A program made the translations under genes and the position numbers. From Nitrospiraceae bacterium (GTDB lineage: Bacteria > Nitrospirota > Thermodesulfovibrionia > UBA6902), in assembly GCA_003599275.1 (NCBI GenBank), contig QZJG01000005.1, positions 24,583 to 88,582 of the forward strand: a stretch of DNA of 64,000 bases, written 5' to 3'. This document shows positions 1-9,351 of the stretch, piece by piece. Position 1 is the stretch's first letter. Each line of letters opens with the position of its first letter. A model generated the notes under the pieces. It was not told the origin of the DNA, did not search any database, and saw only the letters and a program-made list of their open reading frames with translations.

Positions 1-569
1 CAAAGAGTTTAGAGACAACCATCATGAAGACCGTTATCGACCCTATGATGAAAGGACTGTCGCGGGAGAGGATCAATTACAGGGGCGTAATATATGCCGG
101 TCTCATGATCAGCGATGGAAAGCCCTATGTGCTTGAGTTCAACTGCCGGTTTGGAGACCCGGAGGCGCAGCCGATCTTAATGCGACTTGAAAGTGATCTC
201 TTCGATATGTTGAAAGCAACGGCGGAAGGAAAATTGAATGAGGCAAGGGTTTCATGGAAAGACGATGCTGCCGTCTGTGTAGTCATTTCCGCAAAGGGAT
301 ATCCGGGTAATTATGAAAAAGGCAAGATCATTACAGGACTTGATGAATTAACGGACGAGAAAGATACAATGGTTTTCCATGCCGGAACGAGCGCAAAAGA
401 AGGAAAGCTCGTTTCCTCGGGCGGCAGGGTGCTGGGAGTGACAGCGCTCGGCAGCGATATCAGCGCAGCCAGGGACAATGCTTACAAGGCGCTGGGGAAG
501 ATACATTTCGAGGGGATGCATTACAGGAAGGATATCGGAGATAAGGCGATAAAAAGAGTTAAGAGTTAA
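1..569 (+). CDS. purD: phosphoribosylamine--glycine ligase, C-terminal part (5' end outside window)
   Basis: Motifs LEFNCRFGDPE, VFHAGT, SSGGRVL and YRKDIG; frame open to the window edge; directly upstream of purE. Confidence 0.97.
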   Translation, partial: KSLETTIMKTVIDPMMKGLSRERINYRGVIYAGLMISDGKPYVLEFNCRFGDPEAQPILMRLESDLFDMLKATAEGKLNEARVSWKDDAAVCVVISAKGYPGNYEKGKIITGLDELTDEKDTMVFHAGTSAKEGKLVSSGGRVLGVTALGSDISAARDNAYKALGKIHFEGMHYRKDIGDKAIKRVKS

Positions 570-587
570 GAAGGAGAAATCACAGCG

Positions 588-1082
588 ATGAAACCGAAAG
601 TTCTGATAATAATGGGCAGTGATTCGGATTTGCCTGTAATGGAGGAGACGGTAAAGGTGTTGAAGGAGTTCAGGATCCCTTATGATATTACCGTTGCCTC
701 GGCGCACAGGACCCCGGAACGTACTGTAAAGCTCACCAGGAATGCGGTGAGGAAGGGGATCGACGTCATCATCGCCGGAGCCGGAAGCGCCGCTCATCTT
801 GCAGGCGTCATAGCCTCTCACACGACCCTTCCTGTCATAGGGGTCCCCATAGATTCGTCCCCTCTCAAAGGCGTCGATGCCCTTTATTCCACTGTCCAGA
901 TGCCGCCGGGCGTTCCAGTTGCTGCAATGGCTATAGGCAAAGCAGGCGCTAAGAACGCCGGCATATTCGCGGCACAGATTTTAAGTGTCAGGGACAAAAA
1001 AATAGTCGTGGCGCTAAAGGAATATAAGAAGAAGCTGGCAAAGGACGTGCAGAAAAAGGCCCGGAAAGTTGAGAAGGCTTGA
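588..1082 (+). CDS. purE: N5-carboxyaminoimidazole ribonucleotide mutase
   Basis: IIMGSDSD, SAHRTP, AGSAAHL and VQMPPGVPVA motifs; AAGGAG SD upstream. Confidence 0.98.
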   Translation: MKPKVLIIMGSDSDLPVMEETVKVLKEFRIPYDITVASAHRTPERTVKLTRNAVRKGIDVIIAGAGSAAHLAGVIASHTTLPVIGVPIDSSPLKGVDALYSTVQMPPGVPVAAMAIGKAGAKNAGIFAAQILSVRDKKIVVALKEYKKKLAKDVQKKARKVEKA

Positions 1083-1086
1083 TGTT

Positions 1087-1563
1087 ATGTTCCATTCTCC
1101 TGACAGACTAAAGGACTTCGGGGAAAGACTGCGGGGGGAGTTTAAATTCTTCAAGACATTATCTGACGATGAGCTCTCGTCTTTTTTAGGCTTCTGCGAA
1201 AACAAAAAGGTGGCCGCAGGCGATACCCTCTGGCAGGAAGGAGACAGTGACAATTACGCCGCCTTTATCCTCTCCGGAAAACTCGGAATCAAAAAGAAGA
1301 CCGCATTCGAAGGGAAATACATGATCGTAGGGACCTTTGACAACGGCACTGTTGTCGGTGAGCTATGCCTTCTTACCGACCAGCCGCGTTCCGTTACCGC
1401 GATTGTAATTGAGAGTGTAGACCTCGTGATGCTTTCAAGCGTAAACTTCGAGAAGCTTATTATAGAGCAGCCCCTGTTAGGACTGAAACTCCTGAAGCAC
1501 ATATTTATGGTGACATCGAGGCGCCTCAAAGGGTCTTATGATCGCATCGCCTCAATTTTCTGA
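1087..1563 (+). CDS. stand-alone cyclic nucleotide-binding domain protein
   Basis: GDTLWQEGD...GTVVGELCLL..QPRSVT cNMP-binding signature, no HTH; ATG at 1087 preferred over the overlapping TTG at 1069. Confidence 0.8.
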   Translation: MFHSPDRLKDFGERLRGEFKFFKTLSDDELSSFLGFCENKKVAAGDTLWQEGDSDNYAAFILSGKLGIKKKTAFEGKYMIVGTFDNGTVVGELCLLTDQPRSVTAIVIESVDLVMLSSVNFEKLIIEQPLLGLKLLKHIFMVTSRRLKGSYDRIASIF

Positions 1564-1583
1564 CCACAGGCCTTTATTGCTCC

Positions 1584-2060
1584 CTATTTTCTCCCCTTCC
1601 CTCTCCCGTGCGGTGGGCCGCCGTGTGAAGGGCCGCCCTCCCAATGTCTTTCCTGCTCCCAACCCCTCCAGTTTTTTTTGAGTTGTCCATAAGGAATGCG
1701 TTGATGCCCGGGAGGCACGTGACGGTAATCCGGCGGCAGATTCAGTATGGCAACAGGGACGCTCTGGCGAACAATATATTTCCACGGACCGTTATAATGA
1801 CCGGCCCGGTACCAGTATTCATTATAGGGACGATACCAGTAGCCCTGGTAAAAGATGATATCAACGGTAATGCCGGGGATAAAATAAGCGTATGTTCCCG
1901 GTATCACAACGACTTCAGGCGGCGCCGGGACCACATATACCGGAGGCGGACCGATATGTATGTCAACACTCACATCTGCATTGACCCCGCATGGATGTGC
2001 AAGCCCTAAAGACACAAACAGCGCTATTGCAACTACCGGTTTAATTATTATCCTCATCAT
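1584..2060 (-). CDS. secreted Pro/Tyr/Trp-rich hypothetical protein
   Basis: Signal-peptide-like N-terminus, VDIHIGPPPVYV, YQGYWY/WYRAGHYNGPW, Gly/His/Arg tail; GAGGAGG SD. Confidence 0.7.
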   Translation of the reverse strand: MMRIIIKPVVAIALFVSLGLAHPCGVNADVSVDIHIGPPPVYVVPAPPEVVVIPGTYAYFIPGITVDIIFYQGYWYRPYNEYWYRAGHYNGPWKYIVRQSVPVAILNLPPDYRHVPPGHQRIPYGQLKKNWRGWEQERHWEGGPSHGGPPHGRGKGRK

Positions 2061-2223
2061 AAGACTGGCCTCCTCTGTTACAATTTATATTTTATCTACA
2101 TTTTATCACACAAATAAGCTATGGCAAAATACTCTTCACCGGCCGGAAGGGCGGATGAAACAATGGGCGGCCCCGCAATGTTGAAATGAATTTATACGGC
2201 CGCTTTCCTGTAAAATAAATCCC

Positions 2224-3405
2224 GTGACAAATACTACGATTAGAAAAGATGTTGTTATCATAGGCGCGGGGGCTGCGGGACTGATGTGCGCCATTGAGGC
2301 CGGAAAACGCGGACGTAAGGTCGCAGTACTGGACCATGCCGGAAAAACAGGTCGGAAGGTCCGCGTTTCAGGCGGGGGCAACTGCAATTTTACAAATATG
2401 AATACGGGACCGGAGCATTATATATCGCTGAACCCCCACTTCTGCAAATCGGCCTTGGGCCGTTTTACCCCTGATGATTTTGTTTCGCTGCTCAACAGGC
2501 ACGGCATCGGACATCATGAAAAAGAAGACGGGCAGTTATTTTGCAACGAGGGGGCCGGAGCAGTCATCGGTATGCTCGTGAAGGAATGCCGCGAGGCCGG
2601 CGTTGATATACATTTGAATTGCCGGATTTCAGATATCGACAAAAAGAAGTCTTTTAAAGTGATGACCGGCAGCGGCTCTTTCCTGTCCGAATCGCTTGTA
2701 GTGGCGACCGGCGGGCTTTCATACCCGAAACTCGGGGCAACCGGGTTCGGCCACAAGATCGCTGAAAAGTTCGGTCTCGGTGTGACCGCGTTAAAACCGG
2801 CCCTTGTGCCCCTGACTTTCAGTGGTAATGAGCTCAGCCTCTTTAATTCGCTGAGCGGCGTTTCGGTCAAAGCCGGGGTGGGCTGCAATAACAGGGAATT
2901 CTGCGGAAATATATTATTCACTCACAAAGGGCTGAGCGGACCGGCAATACTCCAGGTTTCATCATACTGGAACAGCGGCGATGTCATTCTCATCGACCTG
3001 CTGCCCGGCATCGATATCCGGAAGATTTTTATTGAAAAACATCAAAGCAGGATGGAAATAAAAAATTTCCTGGCCATGTATCTGCCCAAAAGATTCATTC
3101 AGGAGTGGTGCGAAGTGTACATCCGTTCCAAACCACTTTACCTGTATACGGACGCGGACCTGAGAGAAATCTCCGGACGTCTCAAAGACTGGCGGATAAA
3201 GCCGACCGGCACTGAGGGTTACAACATGGCCGAGGTCACCCTCGGAGGGGTCGATACAAACGGGCTCTCGTCCAAAACCATGGAGGCCGGAAATGTCCGG
3301 GGATTATATTTTATCGGCGAAGTCATCGATGTAACGGGGCAACTCGGGGGATATAACCTGCAATGGGCCTGGTCATCAGGTCATGCGGCTGGGCAGTTTG
3401 TATAA
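2224..3405 (+). CDS. HI0933/BaiN-family NAD(P)/FAD-dependent oxidoreductase
   Basis: GAGAAG FAD motif, SGGGNCNFTN, ATGGLSYP, LFTHKGLSGP, VTLGGV and GGYNLQWAWSSG family motifs. Confidence 0.93.
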   Translation: MTNTTIRKDVVIIGAGAAGLMCAIEAGKRGRKVAVLDHAGKTGRKVRVSGGGNCNFTNMNTGPEHYISLNPHFCKSALGRFTPDDFVSLLNRHGIGHHEKEDGQLFCNEGAGAVIGMLVKECREAGVDIHLNCRISDIDKKKSFKVMTGSGSFLSESLVVATGGLSYPKLGATGFGHKIAEKFGLGVTALKPALVPLTFSGNELSLFNSLSGVSVKAGVGCNNREFCGNILFTHKGLSGPAILQVSSYWNSGDVILIDLLPGIDIRKIFIEKHQSRMEIKNFLAMYLPKRFIQEWCEVYIRSKPLYLYTDADLREISGRLKDWRIKPTGTEGYNMAEVTLGGVDTNGLSSKTMEAGNVRGLYFIGEVIDVTGQLGGYNLQWAWSSGHAAGQFV

Positions 3406-3430
3406 ATTCGGGACCGGCCCTTTTTTGTTT

Positions 3431-3459
3431 TTGACAAGTGACAGGGCTTTTGCTATCTT
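3431..3459 (+). promoter_or_regulatory. sigma70-type promoter (TTGACA-17-TATCTT, extended TGn)
   Basis: TTGACA 3431-3436, TG 3451-3452, TATCTT 3454-3459; ATG 8 nt further on with no SD, implying a near-leaderless mRNA. Confidence 0.7.
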
Positions 3460-3467
3460 AAGATACA

Positions 3468-5297
3468 ATGAAACCAATACCCACTGCACGCTACACGCTA
3501 CACGCTACACGCTACTCCCTACCCCCTACTCCCTACACCCTACTCCCTACTCCCTACACGCTACTCCCTACCCCCTACCCCCTACTCCCTACACGCTCCC
3601 CCCTACTCCCTGCTCCCTGCACCCTATCTACCAATAAAGGCTTCACTCTCGTAGAAATTGCAATAGTCCTTGTGATAGTGGGACTGCTGATCGGTATGGG
3701 GGCATCGTTGATTGGTCCGTTGACAAAGAGGGCAAAACTGTATGCAACGAGAGAGACTATCAAAACTGCATATGAATCCATCCAGGGCTATGCAGCAAAG
3801 AATAAAAGTCTTCCTGCCAGCCTGACCTCATTAGGCATTAAAACAACTGACGCCTACAACCGTAATCTGGTATACAGCGCTGTCAACTTTACCAACCTGT
3901 GCACATCAACCGGCACATACATAACCGTCAACGACAGCAGCTCCGGGACCCTCTCGACAAAAACCAATGTCGCATTTGTCATATTAGGCGAAGGGGAGAA
4001 CTTATGTAATCAAACAGGCACGGCTTCTCCTTTTGCCATAGCCGTTCAGGATGCAGTGATTGCCTGTCCGCAGGACGCTAATGCAGGTTATGACGACATT
4101 GTCATGTATCAGGACATAGACGCCCTCAGGGACAGGATATGCAATTCTTTCAATATAGTGACGGACAGCCTGCCGTCAGGCACGGAAGAAGCCGCTTATC
4201 CATCGACTACTCTGGAGGCCACTGACGGCACCACGCCATATGCATGGAGTGTATCATCAGGTGCATTGCCGGCAGGATTGACTCTAAATTCAAACGGCAC
4301 AATAACAGGCACGCCCGCAGCAGACGGCAGCTATAATTTTACCGTGCAGGCAATAGACAGCGATAGCCCTCAGAGGACCACAACAAAGAGCCTGGCAATA
4401 ACAGTAAATCCCAATAAACCAAAGATAACCACCGAATTCATAAGTTACGGTACGCAGGACGCGGCGTTTCCAGGCACGACATTGAGCGCCACAGGCGGCA
4501 AAGCATCTTATACATGGAGCCTTGTATCGGGCAGTTTGCCGACCGGTTTAAGTCTTTCAAGCGCTGGGAGCATTTCAGGGACGCCTGCAACAGCAGGGAC
4601 ATATTCTTTTACTGTGAGGGTTACAGACAGCGGCTCGCCTGCAAGGACCGCGGACAAGACGCTTTCCATTGCCATAAACCCTGCGAGCAGCAGTTCGAGC
4701 TCAAGCAGCTCGTCAAGCTCAAGTTCTTCAAGCTCAAGCACCTCATCAAGCACGAGCAGCGGCGGTAGCGCTCCGACATGCAGTCTGTCCGCGAGTCCCG
4801 GCAACGTACCGTATAATACTACGGCTGCCCTTACGTGGTCCATTACAAACGGTCCGGCGCTCGCGTCTTTTTCTCCCACGAGCGGCACCTGTACGAGTTT
4901 TACAAACTCAACAGGCGGTTCCTGTACCACTGCAGCAATCACTAACGAGGCCTCGACAACATTTACACTTACCATATCCAATGCGTACGGCAGCGATACG
5001 TGCAGTACCACTATTTATGGAGGATGTGAGGAATACAGGGTTTGGAACAATTCGGGCAACGAGTATGATTTCCATGCCGACGGAACAGTCTGCATGGACG
5101 ACGTCGATAACGGCAACGAGATTACCAACAGCAACAGACGGTTGAATGTCGGCGAGACCATAGACAGACTGCCGGATACTAACCCTGATTGCACCGGAAG
5201 CATGATAGATCAGATTACATATACACAGGCCATGAATGCGGACGTCACGCCGGGAGATTACGACTGCCGCGTCAATTTCACAGGGACAGACAGGTAG
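3468..5297 (+). CDS. prepilin-type N-methylation protein with putative Ig (He_PIG-like) repeats, poly-Ser linker and Cys-containing C-terminal domain
   Basis: KG|FTLVEIAIVLVIVGLL class III signal; two YxWS..SGxLPxGLxL..xGxIxGTP...G.Y.FTV repeats; Ser tract. Confidence 0.85.
   Translation: MKPIPTARYTLHATRYSLPPTPYTLLPTPYTLLPTPYPLLPTRSPLLPAPCTLSTNKGFTLVEIAIVLVIVGLLIGMGASLIGPLTKRAKLYATRETIKTAYESIQGYAAKNKSLPASLTSLGIKTTDAYNRNLVYSAVNFTNLCTSTGTYITVNDSSSGTLSTKTNVAFVILGEGENLCNQTGTASPFAIAVQDAVIACPQDANAGYDDIVMYQDIDALRDRICNSFNIVTDSLPSGTEEAAYPSTTLEATDGTTPYAWSVSSGALPAGLTLNSNGTITGTPAADGSYNFTVQAIDSDSPQRTTTKSLAITVNPNKPKITTEFISYGTQDAAFPGTTLSATGGKASYTWSLVSGSLPTGLSLSSAGSISGTPATAGTYSFTVRVTDSGSPARTADKTLSIAINPASSSSSSSSSSSSSSSSSSTSSSTSSGGSAPTCSLSASPGNVPYNTTAALTWSITNGPALASFSPTSGTCTSFTNSTGGSCTTAAITNEASTTFTLTISNAYGSDTCSTTIYGGCEEYRVWNNSGNEYDFHADGTVCMDDVDNGNEITNSNRRLNVGETIDRLPDTNPDCTGSMIDQITYTQAMNADVTPGDYDCRVNFTGTDR
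3484..3623 (+). repeat. tandem array of 20 degenerate heptamers (CTACACG/CTACTCC/CTACCCC/CTGCTCC etc.)
   Basis: Decomposes into 20 consecutive 7-mers with consensus CTAC(A/T/C)C(C/G), read directly. Confidence 0.95.
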
Positions 5298-5327
5298 CAG
5301 CCTGACAATACCGTCCCCGGAATTAAT

Positions 5328-7124
5328 ATGGCAGCCAGAATACGTTATATTTTTCTTCCTCTCGTAATGGTCCTTCTGCTGTCAATCCCGGCCGTTGCAG
5401 CAGACATCGACCTCACACTTCACCAGCAAAGCATTGACGACAATATAACCATTACTGTTGAAAACAGCTCCGCAGTGAGTGTTGTTATTGATTCAGTTTA
5501 TACGGAACTTGACGGCAGGCGATATGATTACGCCGTCTCCGGCGGTATCCCGCCTTATGATAAAAAGGTCTTTCATTTCAGGGTAGAGCTGCCTTCACTC
5601 GATGGAACATATCCGGTAATTGTCACTGTCCGTTATCTGAATGACGGAAAGATATTAAGCCTCAGGCATGCAGGGCTTTTTCATTTCAGGGACCCCGCTC
5701 AGCTTAATGCTTCCTGCATTGCAGAGAATGCGACATTAGACGGAAACGGAAGCATTGTTATAAGGTCAGATAATCAGGCGCCGTGGACATTGGTTTTACC
5801 GGAGGAGATAGAGATACTTTCTCAGGAGGCTTTTCCTGACCGGAAGGAATTCCGCATAAAAAACAGGGTGTCAGGTTTCAGAAATACATATCCCTTTTTT
5901 GCCGTTGCGGAAGAAGAGACCGGCAACAGACATTTTACATCCATGTGCGCAGGCACTCTTTCCGTAAATGCAGGCAGCCCGATGCAAAGCAGCAGGGGAC
6001 ATTTACCATCCGGTTTGCTGCTACTGCTGTCAGCAACATTCTTTCTAACGATGGCCGCCTTCATCATTAATCGTTCAACGACAACTTTTACGTCTGCGTT
6101 TCAAAAATATCTGACAAGGATGTTTTTTATCACAGCGGCATACTTCATTTTAAAAAATGCCGCAGCATGGCCCAATTATTCAATGGAGCATATTGATTGG
6201 CTGCCTTACCGCTATATAACAGGCTTCTTTCTGACAAGCCTGAACAGCGGAAATTATCAGTATTTCTTCGATTACTTTATTGACGTATATCTGATGGCCT
6301 GCCTGTTTCTGACATTCCCTTATCTTTATTATTTTGACAGGGACAGGTCTGTCGGGGAAGATAAGTATGTCTCGTTTTTCAGGACAATTTTATCTGTCTT
6401 CAATGTATTTCGCGGTCAAAGGATATACTGGAACAAACTGAGCAGGCTCGGGATGCTGACGATCTTTGTAAAGTTCTTTTTTGCTCCGCTCCTGGTCTCG
6501 TGGTCCATCAATAATATGCTGCATATCGGGAATGCGCCAAGTATGCTGCAATGGGAGTTTCAGACGATCAATGCCTTTATGGTCGACCTCCTCATCCTGA
6601 CAGACACCGCCATCTTTGCGTTCGGCTATATCATTGAATCAAGGTCCCTCAGGAGTGAGATTAAATCAGTTGAGCCGACTTTCTTTGGCTGGCTTGTCTG
6701 CCTCTGGTGTTATCCGCCTTTTAATGCATTTTCCTTTAGGCCCTTTGATTATCCGATTATCAATATCTCAATCAGCTCTCCCCAATGGGTACATATTGTA
6801 ATGACCTGTGTACTGACTTTTCTCTGGGGAATATTTACATGGGCGTCGGTTGCGCTTGGCTTCAAGGCGTCCAATCTTACAAACAGAGGGATTGTCAAGA
6901 CAGGCCCTTACCGTTATGTGAGACACCCCGCATACACTGTAAAGATATTGATCTGGCTTATTCAGGGTATTTTCTTCTCGCAGTTCGGCTTGGGAATATT
7001 GCTTGCCTTCACTGTCATTTACATCCTCAGGGCATGGACGGAAGAGAGACATTTATCGATGGATACGGACTATGAAGAATACAGGAAAATGGTGAAATGG
7101 AGGTTTGTGCCGGGACTTATATAA
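5328..7124 (+). CDS. membrane protein: signal peptide, extracytoplasmic domain and C-terminal ICMT/PEMT-family methyltransferase domain
   Basis: SNLTNRGIVKTGPYRYVRHPAY...EERHL..DYEEY...WRFVPG ICMT signature; multiple TM segments. Confidence 0.8.
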   Translation: MAARIRYIFLPLVMVLLLSIPAVAADIDLTLHQQSIDDNITITVENSSAVSVVIDSVYTELDGRRYDYAVSGGIPPYDKKVFHFRVELPSLDGTYPVIVTVRYLNDGKILSLRHAGLFHFRDPAQLNASCIAENATLDGNGSIVIRSDNQAPWTLVLPEEIEILSQEAFPDRKEFRIKNRVSGFRNTYPFFAVAEEETGNRHFTSMCAGTLSVNAGSPMQSSRGHLPSGLLLLLSATFFLTMAAFIINRSTTTFTSAFQKYLTRMFFITAAYFILKNAAAWPNYSMEHIDWLPYRYITGFFLTSLNSGNYQYFFDYFIDVYLMACLFLTFPYLYYFDRDRSVGEDKYVSFFRTILSVFNVFRGQRIYWNKLSRLGMLTIFVKFFFAPLLVSWSINNMLHIGNAPSMLQWEFQTINAFMVDLLILTDTAIFAFGYIIESRSLRSEIKSVEPTFFGWLVCLWCYPPFNAFSFRPFDYPIINISISSPQWVHIVMTCVLTFLWGIFTWASVALGFKASNLTNRGIVKTGPYRYVRHPAYTVKILIWLIQGIFFSQFGLGILLAFTVIYILRAWTEERHLSMDTDYEEYRKMVKWRFVPGLI

Positions 7125-7228
7125 AAAGGGTCCAGGGTCCAATTCTGTTAAGTGAAAAGAAATGCAAACAATCCGTCGATCATAGAAATCCGGAGACGGG
7201 ATACCCTTTGTGCTTATATGCCTGATAG

Positions 7229-9328
7229 TCAAACAAGGCCCAGCACAATCTCCCTGGCCTCGATATCGACACGCTCTATCCGCACATTGACTTCTTTGCC
7301 GACGGAGAATGTCTTTTTCCTGCGCCTGCCGATCAGACGATAACTTTGTTCGTCAAACCTGTAATAATCATCCGGCATCGACGAGACATGAAGGGACCCT
7401 TCGACAAAGAAGTCTTTCAACTGTATCCTCATGCCTTTGGATGAGATGTTGGATATGATGCCTGTATATTCATCGCCCAGTTTGTCTTTCATAAACCACA
7501 CCCTCATTGCATTAACAATCTCCCTCTCGGCTTCGTCGGCAATACGCTCGGTCTTTGAGGACTGCGCAGCTATCTCAGGCAGCAGCTTCTCAAAATGCGC
7601 GCGCGTCTCCTTTGAGATCTTTTTCCTGCTCAGGGCTTCCTTGAGTATCCTGTGGACGACAAGGTCCGGATAACGCCTGATCGGAGAAGTAAAGTGAGTG
7701 TAGCTTTCAGAGGCAAGACCGAAGTGCCCGGTGTTTTCAGTGGAATATTTTGCCTGTTTCAAAGAGCGCAGCAACATGACATTCAAAAGATTCTCCTCGA
7801 TGGTCCCTTTGATTTTTTTAAGGAGCGATTGGAAAGTCCCGGCATCCGGCTTTTTAAAATGCAGGCCGAAAGATTGGAAAATGGGCCTTAACTCCTCAAG
7901 CTTGTGAGGGTCGGGCTTTTCATGTATCCGGTAAATGGACGGCAGCTCCAGACCTTCAAGGTGAGAAGCTACGGCCTCATTCGCCGCTATCATGAATTCT
8001 TCGATCATCATATGAGCAAGGTTGCGCTCCGCACGGACAATCGCCTCAGGCCTTCCCTGTATGTCAAGCATGACCTCGGGCTCAGGCAGGTCAAAATCAA
8101 GACTGCCCCGCTTCATCCTCTGCGTCCTCAGAATATCGCAAAGCTCTTCCATCATCACGAAGCTTTCAAGCAGATACCCGTATTTCTCGCGTTCAGCTCG
8201 GTCATGATCAACGAGTATCTTTTTTACAGACGTATAAGTCATCCTTTCGTTGCTGTGAATGACGCTCGGATAAAAGTCCTTTTTCAGCATCCGGCCTTTC
8301 GTGTCGAAGTGCATCTCGGCAGTGAACGTCGGCCTGTCCTGATGCGGCACGAGGCTGCATAAATTGTTTGAAAGTTTTTCCGGGAGCATCGGTATTACGC
8401 TACCGGGAAAATAAACGCTTGTGCCCCTGCGTCTCGCCTCCAGATCAATCGCCGAATCCCACGGCACGTAATGGCCGACATCGGCGATATGCACAAGGAG
8501 CGTATAGCCTTCGCCTGTTTTACTGATTGACACCGCGTCATCAAAATCCTTTGCCGTCTCACCGTCGATTGTTACGGTCAAAAGGTCGCGGCAATCTACC
8601 CTCTTCCGCATCTCAATTTCTCCTGACAGCTCTTTTACTTCGGATAGCACAGCGGCAGGGAATTTCTGGGGAAGGGAGAACTCTTCTATAATCATTTCTA
8701 TTTCATGTACCGGTTCAACAATGTCGGGGAGGACCTTTAATATCTTCCCCTCCGGGGGCTTTATCGCGCTCGGATACGAAGTGAGCTCCACGACTACATT
8801 GTCCCCGCTCTTTGCTCCCGCCCTGTTGGCAGGGCTGATTAAGATGCCGACCGGTATCTTCCTGCTCTTCGGTTTTACATAGAACATATCTCCGTCGCGG
8901 GTAAAAGTGCCCACCACTTTCTTCCGGGCGCGCTCAAGGATTTTTATAATGCAGCCTTCCCTCCTCGCAGGACTGTCTACACGGGCGACAACCTTGTCCC
9001 CCGACATTGCGCCGGAAGTTTTTCTCGGCGGGACAAAGAGGTCCCGTTCACCGGGCTTGTCGGGGACCACAAAACCAAACCCGTCCCTGTGGGCCTCAAA
9101 AAATCCCGTAGTGAGATTCAATTGTTCTACAGGGCCGTAAAGACCGTAGCGGGTCTTAAAGATTTCTCCTGAGTGGGTCAATGTTTGCAATATCCGCTTT
9201 AAAGTCCTCGATTCCCTTTTGGGAAATCTCAGCGCCCCGGCAATCTCCCTGAGGCTGACAGGCCTTTCAGTCTTTGTCCTGATGAAATTGAGGACAGCTT
9301 CTTTATTTTCGATGTCTTTGGGGACCAT
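7229..9328 (-). CDS. rnr: ribonuclease R
   Basis: N-terminal HTH and cold-shock domains (HRDGFGFV), TIDGETAKDFDDA, HIADV, YTHFTSPIRRYPDL, C-terminal S1. Confidence 0.96.
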   Translation of the reverse strand: MVPKDIENKEAVLNFIRTKTERPVSLREIAGALRFPKRESRTLKRILQTLTHSGEIFKTRYGLYGPVEQLNLTTGFFEAHRDGFGFVVPDKPGERDLFVPPRKTSGAMSGDKVVARVDSPARREGCIIKILERARKKVVGTFTRDGDMFYVKPKSRKIPVGILISPANRAGAKSGDNVVVELTSYPSAIKPPEGKILKVLPDIVEPVHEIEMIIEEFSLPQKFPAAVLSEVKELSGEIEMRKRVDCRDLLTVTIDGETAKDFDDAVSISKTGEGYTLLVHIADVGHYVPWDSAIDLEARRRGTSVYFPGSVIPMLPEKLSNNLCSLVPHQDRPTFTAEMHFDTKGRMLKKDFYPSVIHSNERMTYTSVKKILVDHDRAEREKYGYLLESFVMMEELCDILRTQRMKRGSLDFDLPEPEVMLDIQGRPEAIVRAERNLAHMMIEEFMIAANEAVASHLEGLELPSIYRIHEKPDPHKLEELRPIFQSFGLHFKKPDAGTFQSLLKKIKGTIEENLLNVMLLRSLKQAKYSTENTGHFGLASESYTHFTSPIRRYPDLVVHRILKEALSRKKISKETRAHFEKLLPEIAAQSSKTERIADEAEREIVNAMRVWFMKDKLGDEYTGIISNISSKGMRIQLKDFFVEGSLHVSSMPDDYYRFDEQSYRLIGRRRKKTFSVGKEVNVRIERVDIEAREIVLGLV

Positions 9329-9351
9329 TTGGAAATTACCGGTAAATATTA

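Noticed and set aside
3484-3623. Heptamer array or REP clusters as a CRISPR array
   Set aside because: No constant 23-47 nt repeats separated by unique spacers, and no cas genes in the window
4685-4770. Poly-Ser tract as a slippage microsatellite
   Set aside because: Mixed AGC/AGT/TCG/TCA/TCT codons indicate a protein-level linker, not a pure DNA repeat
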